64,000 nt of DNA from Macrostomum lignano (Eukaryota): the NCBI GenBank assembly GCA_002269645.1, contig NIVC01000333.1:10335-74334 (forward strand), written 5' to 3'. Numbering within the stretch: position 1 is the stretch's first letter; each line of letters starts with the position of its first letter. A program made the translations under genes and the position numbers. The notes beneath the pieces were generated by a model. That model did no database searches and had not been told where the DNA came from. It saw only the letters and a list, made by a program, of their open reading frames with translations. Shown in pieces: positions 32,601 to 42,658 of the stretch.

Positions 32601-35600
32601 CGTCCTAACCACTACCCAGTCGTACTACAGAATCTGGAAGGGATCACAGTCGCACAGGGGGCCCACAGGGGGATCTAGAAGGGATCACAGTCTCAAACGG
32701 GGATCTAGAAGGGATCACAGTCTCACACAGGGATCTAGAAGGGATCACAGTCTCACACGGGGATCTAGAAGGGATCACAGACCCACACGGGGATCTAGAA
32801 GGGATCACAGTCTCACACGGGGATCTAGAACGGATCACAGTCTCACACGGGGATCTAGAAGGGATCACAGTCTCACACGGGGATCTAGAAGGGACCACAG
32901 TCCCATACGGGGATCTAGAAGGGACCACAGTCCCATACGGGGATCTAGAAGGGATCACAGTCCCACACGGGGATCTAGAAGGGATCACAGTCCCACACGG
33001 GGATCTAGAAGGGACCACAGTCCCATACGGGGATCTAGAAGGGATCACAGTCCCGCAGGGGGATTGTGATATCCCTTCTAGATCCCCTCCACTAAAAACG
33101 AACACACTGACCGATCCACCGTTCCGCAGAGCAGCTTCAGGCGACAGAGCGACGGCGCCGGAGTTGCTATCGTCGGTTGGCAGAGGCTCGTGCGGCGGGT
33201 AGCTCTCCCAGTCGGCCGGTAGCAGGCTCGGCTCAAGCGAGGATGACGACGAAGACGACTCGGCAGGAAAAGACGAGACCGCGGCGGCGGCGGCGACTCC
33301 TCCGACTGTGCTGTCGTTGACTTGAAAATCGTCGGCGTCACCCGCGTTATCTTCGAGAAGATCGCCGCCAGGACGGATGCCGTCGCTGAATACGACCGAT
33401 CGACTGCGAACAACTGCGGAGTGAGGAAGTTCGAGTCTATTTCTAGGAAATCTGTATCTACATGTAGTTCTAAGAAAATCCTAACCCATATTCGTTCCTT
33501 ACTAAGGAACCCAACTTAGTAAAAGAAAAATACATCGATTTCTGAAATGAAAATGACCTATTTGTTAGTGACTTTAAGACTACGTAGCTGCGAAAGGCCC
33601 TTTCTTTTTCCTGGACTTCCAGCTAAAATTCTCAAACAGATTATATATCTGCTATATAGCTTTGCGGGTTAATTATGTACATGAGAACTTCATATATAGA
33701 AGAGTAATGTGCTTTGACTCTGATTGTATAGAAAAAAGCATGCCTTAACAAAAATAAAACAAAAACTAGGTTAAAAAACTTATTAAAGAAACCAAAGAAA
33801 AAGAATCTTTTTCTAGGAAGCAACTAAATCTTGTCCACAGATAATAAAACACTAGATATTTCACTCTGCATTGAGTTAAGCCATTTTTGTATTATAGTCT
33901 ATGGCTTAAAAAAGTGTCTACTCTTTGGGTGAGCGTCAGCGTGCGCATGGCAAGAAAAATTGCTAGTTGCTCCAAAAATTAATTTTGACGCAAGGCACTG
34001 CTGTTTGATGCATCCATGTTCGTTCACGCTACTAACCAAAGAGTAGTTGCAAAAATCTAAACAAGAGTGAACTATCTGTGATCTTGTCTGGGAAATCAGC
34101 ATTGTCGATCAACCATTTTCTAGGAAACAACTAAGCATTGTCAATCAACTGATTTCTAGGAAAAACAAAGCGTTTTCAATCAATCGTTTTCTAGAAAACA
34201 ATCAAGCCTTTTCAATTAACCTTTTCTAGGAAACAGCCAAGCCTCTTCCAATAACCATTTCTAGGAAACAGCCAAGCCTCTTCCAATAACCATTTCTAGA
34301 AAACAGCCAAGCTTCTTCTGTTAACCATTTCTAGGAAACAGCCAAGCCTCTTCTGTTAACCATTTCTAGGAAAAAGCCAAGCCTCTTCAAATAACCATTT
34401 CTAGGAAACAACCAAGCCTCTTCTGTTAACCATTTCTAGGAAACAGCCAAGCCTCTTCTGTTAACCATTTCTAGGAAACAGCCAAGCCTCTTCTGTTAAC
34501 CATTTCTAGGAAAAAGCCAAGCCTCTTCAAATAACCATTTCTAGGAAACAACCAAGCCTCTTCTGTTAACCATTTCTAGGAAAAAGCCTAGCCTTTTCTG
34601 TTAACTATTTCTAGGAAACAGCCTAGCCTCTTCCAATAACCATTTCTAGGAAACAGCCTAGCCTCTTCCAATAACCATTTTCTAGGAAACAGCCAAGCCT
34701 CTTCCAATAACCATTTCAGGAAACAGCCAAGCCTCTTCCAATAACCATTTCTAGGAAACAGCCAAGCCTCTTCCATTTACCATTTTCTAGGAAACAGCCA
34801 AGCCTCTTCCAATAACCATTTCTAGGAAACAGCCAAGCCTCTTCCAATAACCATTTTCTAGGAAACAGCCAAGCCTCTTCCATTTACCATTTTCTAGGAA
34901 ACAGACAAGCCTTCCAATTAACCATTTTCTAAGAGACAACCAAGCCTTGTTTAGGAAAGCAAACGTTTTCTAGGAAATAGCCAAGCGTTTTCAATCAATC
35001 GTAGTCTAGGAAACAGCTAAGCCTCTTCAATTAACAATTTTCTAGGAAACAGCCAACCCTTTCTAAACAATCATTTTCTAGGAGACAGCCTTGTTTAGGA
35101 AATCAGGCGTTTCCTTGGAAGCAACTGAGCCTTATCTAAAAATCAAGCATCTGATAGAAAAACTTTCGTCCATATTAAAAACAGGCCAAAGTATTTTGGT
35201 CTCACCCTGCGACCTCGTCGACTTCAGCACACTGACTGGCGGCTGCTGACTGACGGACCGAGCCTCCGGATTGGACTCCAGCCTGATCAGCTCCTGGTAG
35301 CAGACGGCGCACACTCGCGCCTTGTCGTTGTCTAAGAAGGCCAGCCTGGCAGTGTAGGCAGCGCAGTTAGCGCAGAACACGCGGCCGCAGGCGCGGCAGT
35401 GGTGCCGCCGGCGCAGCACGGTGAAGCGAGCTTCGCACTGCATGCAAACTGGCGCTTCGCTGTCGGGAATCCAAGCCGGCTTTACCGAGCCAAGCGGCTG
35501 CTGCTGCGGCGGAGTCTCGGATTCCGCGACGTCCTCCGCGACGTCATTCTGAGACGGCAAGTCAGTCTGCAGCTCGGGCTCCGCGTCCGACTCCGCGGCG

Positions 35601-37768
35601 TCCGTCAGCTGCTGCGGCGGCGGCGGCGGACTGGGAGGCGACGTCACACCGCCGCCAGTGGCGCCCAGACTGGCCGGCTGCTGCCGCTCCTCCTGCAGAC
35701 TGTACATCGGGTTCAAACCGCCTCCGCCGCCAACAGTGCCGGGGTTCGAATCGGCAATTTGAGACGACGAAACGGCGGCCTCAGTTGCTAAGCAACCGGC
35801 GCCGCCAACTAGACCGTACATTGGATTGAAGCTGCTAGTCTGCTCGTCTTGTTCCGCGTAGTCTTGGTAGTTAGATCTAGACCATTGAGACTGCAGAACT
35901 GCTGATTGCTGAGTAGGTTGCGCAGGCTCCTGCTCGAGTATCAGCTCAAGATCGGCCTCGGTGAGGTCTGGCAGGCCCTTGGCCAGGTCGGCAAATCGAA
36001 TAGAAGACACTAGCGAAGTTGGATTCGACGATGCTTCAGCTATACTGTTAGAAGCACTGGTGGAAGGACTGGCAACAGCTGCAGAGTTCGCCGGGTTATT
36101 AATTGCCTTGCTGGTATTCGTTGGGGCTGCCAAATTATTGTTTAATGCTGATTCTTCCTCGGCAGGTGCGCCGGCTGAAGCATTTGGCACCGATGTAGGC
36201 ACAGGATCACTGAGCAGTGAGGAATCCATTGGAGCACTCAATAAGGCATTGACGGCTGTTGAATTCGCAAGACTGACCGGTGCTGAATAGGCAGGAGCAC
36301 TGACCGGTGCTGAATAGGCAGGAGCACTGACCGGTGCTGAATAGGCAGGAGCACTGACCAGTGCTGAATAGGCAGGAGCACTGACCGGTGCTGAATAAGC
36401 AGGAGCACTGACCGGTGCTGAATAGGCAGGAGCACTGACCGGTGCTGAATAGGCAGGAGCACTGACCGGTGCTGAATAAGCAGGAGCACTGACCGGTGCT
36501 GAATAGGCAGGAGCACTGACTGGTGCTGAATAGGCAGGAGCACTGACCGGTGCTGAATCCACTGGAGCTATGTCACTGGTTAGGGCACTGACCGGTGCTA
36601 AGCCCACAGACTCACTGACGGGTGCTGAGTCCACATCCACACGATCAATGACCGGTGCTGAATCCACATGCTCACTGACCGGTGCTGAGTCCACATCCAC
36701 ACGCTCAATGACCGGTGCTGAATCCACATGCTCACTGACTGGTGCTGAATCCACAGGCTCACTGACCGGTGCTGAATCCCCAGGCTCACTGACCGGTGCT
36801 GAATCCACAGGCTCACTGACTGGTGCTGAATCCACAGGCTCACTGACCGGTGCTGAATCCCCAGGCTCACTGACCGGTGCTGAATCCACAGGCTCACTGA
36901 CCGGTGCTGAGTCCCCAGGCTCACTGACCGGTGCTGAATCCACAGGCTCACTGACCGGTGCTGAGTCCCCAGGCTCACTGACCGGTGCTGAATCCACAGG
37001 CTCACTGACCGGTGCTGAATCCACAGACTCACTGACCGGTGCTGAATCCACACCCACATGCTCACTGACCGGTGCTGAATCCCCAGGCTCACTGACCGGT
37101 GCTGAATCCACGGGCTCACTGACCGGTGCTGAATCCACACGCTCACTGACCGGTGCTGAATCCACAGGCTCACTGACTGGTGCAGAATCCACAGGCTCAC
37201 TGACTGGTGCTGAGTCCACAGGCTCACTGACTGGTGCTGAATCCACAGGCTCACTAACCGGTGCTGAGTCCACTAAAAAACTGTCGAATGTATTAGACTG
37301 CGAATGCACGGCTTGAGGCCATCTAAGTTCAGGTTGCCATTGCTGTACACTATTGTCACTGCTGTTTGGCAAGGCTGAAAATAAGATGGCAAAAAGGATT
37401 GAGAATATTGCACTGTGCATACAAAGGCTTCCACCGCTTAAGCTACGCTGTAAAAAGGATGGAAGCCATCTTCCCGCTACACTGACAAACAAAGAGCTCT
37501 TAAGCCCGCAAGAAAATTTACCTGTTGGTTGCTGGGCGTAAACTATGGTGACACTGGTTGCACTGTGGGCCTGTCCATTGCAGTCTCCATTGGCTGCGCT
37601 AGCAGAATTTGAACTGGAAGCAGTCGGCAACTTTGATGCATCAGAAGACAATTCGTGGCTTGTACTACTATCTAGTAGCATTGATTGCATAGGCTGTTGA
37701 TTGGTTCCAGCCATTTCAGCCTCAAGCTGGTCCAGGGCGGCATCCAGGTCAACTGAGAATGCATCCAT
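29695..37768 (-). CDS. ZFYVE9: SARA/endofin (ZFYVE9/16-family) FYVE protein, ~1417 aa; complement(join(29695..30458,31111..31478,31973..32376,33112..33413,35206..37374,37522..37768))
   Basis: N-terminal DLDAALDQLE; FYVE domain (WIPDSEAPVCMQC...RRHHCRACGRVFC...RVCAVC); RSVVFSDGIRPGGDL; SARA/DUF3480 C-terminus (WEAPWAELFPERLLLRLG, LLADFRNFTYTL, SIVEDGVMVQ, VSPIDG, LDQALVP). Splice phases 1,1,0,2,1 all consistent. ZFYVE9 vs ZFYVE16 not resolved. Confidence 0.9.
30550..30985 (+). repeat. 20-bp minisatellite (ACATGGGATCTCAATGATCT)n in SARA intron 5
   Basis: Period 20. Confidence 0.93.
31555..31925 (+). repeat. 30-bp minisatellite (GGGGATCTGGATGGGATCACAGTCTAACAT)n in SARA intron 4
   Basis: Period 30. 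Confidence 0.93.
32635..33090 (+). repeat. 30-bp minisatellite (GGGGATCTAGAAGGGATCACAGTCTCACAC)n in SARA intron 3, ending in an inverted unit
   Basis: Period 30; TGTGATATCCCTTCTAGATCCCC at ~33065-33088 is the reverse complement of a unit. Confidence 0.93.
34120..35095 (+). repeat. ~35-bp minisatellite (TTCTAGGAAACAGCCAAGCCTCTTCCAATAACCAT)n in SARA intron 2
   Basis: Period 35-36, degenerate at both edges. Confidence 0.93.
36275..37275 (-). repeat. Coding 27-bp minisatellite in SARA exon 2 (VDSAPVSEP and AYSAPVSAP nonapeptides)
   Basis: In frame within the exon that continues into the FYVE domain. Confidence 0.9.
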
Positions 37769-40154
37769 TAGCCCCTTAGCTGCTGGCTACTGCAAGTTTG
37801 GTACAGTGAATAGAGTCCAAGTTAAATAATCCATTTGAATTTTCTGCTTTATTTCCAAAAAGATCAACAGGATGATAAACAGATCAAGCTGTTGCTTTGA
37901 ACTGCATATGCTTGTATAACATTGATGAGACCATACTTTAAAACAGTCTCCTCTATATTTAGATGAATATAGATTAACAACTTTGACTTATAAAAACATA
38001 ATGTATACTCAAAAAAAATTTTGAAATGTTTTTATTAAAGATATACCCAGAAATATGATAAACATGATCTTGCCATAAGTGGTTATATAACTTTTTGCTT
38101 ATACAACTTTATATAGTCAGTACTATATAAAAAATGCTTGATAGTTTATTTAACCTATTTTCCCAAGGTTTGATATATAAAATTCAATATATTGTTCCTA
38201 AGAATCAAAATAATAGAGCAATTTGGTACCCTGAGTCCAAATTTAGGATACCAGCTAGCATTTTTTTAAGTTAAAAATTAAAATGTTTAATTAGAACAAT
38301 ACATTATTACACATTATTATATTATATATATATTAGAACAATTCTTTAGGCTCTATAAAATTTAATTGATGCTATGCACTAGACTGTTTAATACTAGTTA
38401 TCAATTATAGTCTAGGGTTATATCATACTACATAGTTATTTTAATGTAATTGACTAAATACTAATGTGAGACTTGAGACTATATACATTATCCTCTTAAA
38501 TTTTTCAACATATGCTAAGCCACTTTCCCAACTAGGCTTATAAAGGCTAGCTATGGTTTAGCTTTATCTAAGCAAGATTTTAGCCTATTAGATAGTGGGT
38601 ACCTTATCAACTAACCTGGGAACAAAAATAGGCTAAATTATAATATATTTATAATGCTATAATCCACTAAGATGGTGAATTCTGTTCTTCTATTTGAATG
38701 CTTTAATAGTTCTCTAATAAGCTTTTTTAGATTCTTTAAATAATAATTTTAAACAATTTTAAACAATAAGAAAGATTTATACAAAATGCTACAAGATAGC
38801 CTAGCTAATTTATTTATGCATCTAAAAAATTAGTGATAGCAATCATATATGCTTAACAACCAGCTAACCTAACCAATTTGACTAGGTGGCAAGAAGTCTA
38901 GCCAAGGTAAGTTGCAAATTACTATCCAAAAAATACATGCATAGTACTAGTACTACTTAGATAACAAAACATTTGATTTAGCCTTTGCAATAAAATTATT
39001 ATTAATCTTTCTATTTACTCAAACTTATGAGTTATGACTTTTGTTAATCTTTGCTTTAGGGTTCTTTTATGGGTAATCAAGTTGCATTTTTGGTCAAAAA
39101 GTAGGTCACACAGCTAAGACTAGGTGAAACTTTGAAGTTAGGCATGTATGATTATAATAGCAATGAATCTTCATAGATTTAATAAAAAGTAAAGATAAGG
39201 CCTAAAGTAATAGTGAGGCCTAGCTTAGCTATTAGAAGGTAGCCAATTTTTTAAACTCTAGCAAGAATATAACATTATAAAGGAAATTATATAACTTTTA
39301 AAACAAAATTGGGCCTTTTAGTCGTAGTATCATTGCCACTTAAACTTAAAGGTCCTATATGCATTGGTAAGTCATACATGATACATGTCATCCATTGTCT
39401 ACCATAAGTGTATTGACTATTAGTATTAGGCCCTAGTATTAAATGGTCTATTGTCTATTATTTAGATTTTTTGCTGACCACTTTTACAGTATAATATACA
39501 GTAACAAATATTCTATTATTAATTTAACATCAATTTACTCTTATCTTGGTTTTGTTCTTGGGCAAGTCGCGACTGAGGTGAGTGTTTGCATGACAGTGTT
39601 TGCATGTGTTCTTTGCATGTTAGGCGTTAGGCCTAATTCTTGATTATTAAAATCCTACTAGTGAGTGAAAGCTTTAAATAAAAATGGACCTATCGATTGT
39701 TACATTTTTATTCTAACCAGTCATACCAATTTAGTCATGTTTCTAAAAGGATAATACTCGAAAGCCTAAACTTCAGTGAGCGATCTCTATAGGCCTAAGC
39801 TAGTGTGAAGCAGGTTAATATTATCAGGATTAGATTAGGCTTACCAGTAATAATAAACAATCAACCGATAGCAATAAGCGATAGGATAGGAGCACAGGAC
39901 AACGAAACTTTAAAGCGCAATTCTAAGAAAAATCGGTGTCTTAGTTTTTTAAATCCATTCCTTCACATCATTTTAAGTTTTCGCTGTGATAATATTAACT
40001 TTTTAATTAGAGACATTACTCGGAGAGATACAGTAGCATAGATATTTATCATATTTTAGCATGCTTCTTTACAGAATATTATACGATAGAATCCAGAAAG
40101 ATTGGAAAATTATTGCTTGGGGATTGAGACTGATTTCATTCGCTTCTTCAATCC

Positions 40155-40922
40155 TCAAATACCAGCTATAACAGCTCCCAACAGTGCATAGAACTTTGGC
40201 TGCTCCCAGATCTGATAAAGTAGATGAATTACATGAATTTGAATTTGAATTAAATTACATGAACTACATGTAATATTACTTCAGCAGAAGAACGAGGCTT
40301 TTCACCAAAGGGCTTTTTCGCTGCACTAACAAGGTGGAGCTTTGGTTCTTGGGGATATGTGTTGACTCGGATTTGGCTATAGACTATTTTAGCGAGATAG
40401 AGAAAAAATTCTATAGGTTTAAATTCGGTGCTGATTAAATCTACCGACCAAAAAACACCATAGACTAACCAATTAGACTACTGTAAACTTTGTAAACTCC
40501 ACTTGGGAGTACGACGTATTGCTTGCGGGAAGTTTGCTTGCCGAACTTTGCTTGCAGGAATTTTGCTTGCCGAGCTTTGCTTGCCGAACTTTGTTTGCGG
40601 AATTTTGCTTGCTGAAGTTTGCTTGCAGAAATTTGCTTGCCGAAGTCTGCTTGCCGAATTTTGCTTGCGGAATTTTGCTTGCCGAAGTTTGCTTGCCGAG
40701 CTTTGCTTGCAGGAATTTTGCTTGCCGAACTTTGCTTGCGAAATTTTGATGTCTGCTTTCTATAAATTTGCAATCACACAATCGCAAGGTTTTAACTTGC
40801 AGAATTATTTTCTTGTTTGCTTGCTTGTTTTGATTGCTTGTAAAGTTGGTCAGTCAATTATTACTCACTACAGATGCTTTGCAAGTGGATTCTTATCAGG
40901 GTCGACGTAAACTGACTTGACA
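40155..40922 (-). CDS. Small unidentified spliced gene, 3' part; exons ~40869..40922, 40280..40376, 40155..40211
   Basis: Splice sites TA|GTGAGT, CTATAG|C, GAA|GTAATA and TTTATCAG|ATC join in matching phases to give SVKSVYVDPDKNPLAKHLYQIRVNTYPQEPKLHLVSAAKKPFGEKPRSSAEIWEQPKFYALLGAVIAGI*. 5' end and identity not determined. Confidence 0.55.
40519..40745 (+). repeat. ~10-bp-period minisatellite (TTTGCTTGCCGAA-type), left arm of an inverted pair
   Basis: Reverse complement of the array at 41255-41744. Confidence 0.93.
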
Positions 40923-41254
40923 CTAAGCTTTCAAACTAGGCTTTTAGAGTTTCATTCTAAGAATGTAGTATATAGAATGCTTAGAGATTTAGTATAGGTA
41001 GATAGGGATCGGTAACAGTATAAATCTTTGTAGTTCCTGATTTCAGCACGATTGAGCAGGTATGATAATTGCAGTGATGCTAATGTATAATAATGCATAT
41101 ACTATAATTATATTTTAGTATATAAAATGTAATTAATAATCCGCCATATCCTCATACAAAATCATAACACTATAGGCGACTTCCACGAATCTTAGAAAAT
41201 GAAAATTAGAAATGCAAGAGCTCAAAAATAGGTTAAGGTTCCGCAAAACTTTGG

Positions 41255-41744
41255 CTGGCAAACCTCGCAAGAAAATTTCCTGCAAGCAAAGTTCGGCAAG
41301 CAAATTTTCTGCAAGCAAACTTCGGCAAGCTTATGTGCAGCAAGCAAATTTCCTGCAAGCAAAATTCGGCAAGCAAAGTTCGGCAAGCAAAGCTCGGCAA
41401 GCAGACTTCGGCAGGCAAAATTCCGCAAGCAAAGTTCGGCAAGCAGACTTCGGCAAGCAAAATTCCGCAAGCAAAGTTCGGCAAGCAGACTTCGGCAAGC
41501 AAAATTCCGCAAGCAAAGTTCGGCAAGCAGACTTCGGCAAGCAAAATTCCGCAAGCAAAATTCGGCAAGCAAAATTCGGCAAGCAGACTTCGGCAAGCAA
41601 ATTTCTGCAAGCAAAAGTCCCGCAAGCAGACTTCGGCAAGCAAATTTCTGCAAGCAAAAGTCCCGCAAGCAGACTTCGGCAAGCAAATTTCTGCAAGCAA
41701 AAGTCCCGCAAGCAAACTTCGGCAAGCAAACTTCTCGCAAGCAA
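41255..41744 (-). repeat. Same minisatellite in opposite orientation (TTCGGCAAGCAAA on +), right arm
   Basis: Outer 27 bp of the two arms match with one mismatch. Confidence 0.93.
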
Positions 41745-41903
41745 ATTTCATAGACCCCTCCAACTTACGTCAAAAAAGCTCTTAATGGTCTCATGGTCCG
41801 CTTTTTTTTCGGGAATATGCTTGTCTATGGCCACACTCAAGTATCACTGGACCATTATATAGAAAATGGGCTTGCTGTCAGGACCATTATATAGATAATG
41901 GTT

Positions 41904-42005
41904 GGTTATTCGTAAGTGAGACTTTTGGATAATAGTCCGGCTCATGAGTGCGCTGCGTGTGTGTGTGCGCTGCGTATTATCCTAAAGTCTCACTTACGAA
42001 TAACC
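41904..42005. other. 102-bp hairpin (31-bp arms, one mismatch, 40-nt loop)
   Basis: GGTTATTCGTAAGTGAGACTTTTGGATAATA...TATTATCCTAAAGTCTCACTTACGAATAACC. Confidence 0.85.
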
Positions 42006-42225
42006 GCATTGTCGAATTTCAGTGGGGCCATAGACAAAAAGGGCATCGAAAGGAGAGAGGGGTTACCGAGGAGAGAGAGACATAAAGACTGAGGTGGTTT
42101 ACTGGAGTTTGGGCCATAGACAACGAAGTTGCAAACAGGCCGGGGGTTAAGAGGGTGGAAAGGAAGGAGATGTGGAGAGAAAGAGAATAAAACGTAAATA
42201 CGAGCGTAGCTACATTCGCTTGGCC

Positions 42226-42658
42226 ATGGAGAACCAGGCGTCATATCCGATCAACTGGGGCAATCTGCCTGTCGAAAGTTTAGCCAACGTATCTAGCAGC
42301 GAACTCAATTGGATCTCAAGACTTTCCACATCTCAGAAGGACATGAAGGATAACGAAGACTTTTTGAACTTCTTGCACTTTCTTGAGAGCGGTGATACTG
42401 CCGATGATTTGCCTCTGCTACCGGCCGAGGATGATGCTCCAGCTGAAGAGGATGGAGAGAATGAAACTGAGCCGAAACGAGTTCCTTTGGATATGCAAGA
42501 GGCAATGACGAAAGATGAAATAGTGACATCAGGCTGCTGACATCAGCATCCAAAGTTTCATCGTGCAAGAAGCAGTGAGCGTGTCTGATGGTCGTCAGAT
42601 GAACGGTCGGAATATCTTTATTATGAACAACTGCACTTTCAACAATTGCAATCTGTAA
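42226..42658 (+). mobile_element. Possible internally deleted Crypton-like (DUF3504-type) relic
   Basis: Acidic ORF (MENQASYP...MTKDEIVTSGC*) shifts frame at a GACATCAG direct repeat into DISIQSF...IFIMNNCTFNNCNL*. From my recollection such NNCTFN tails end Crypton-type proteins; no recombinase core is present. Confidence 0.3.

Noticed and set aside
40155-40157. Selenocysteine codon in the small gene
   Set aside because: No SECIS-like stem with AUGA/AA/GA geometry found downstream and no resemblance to a selenoprotein I recognise.
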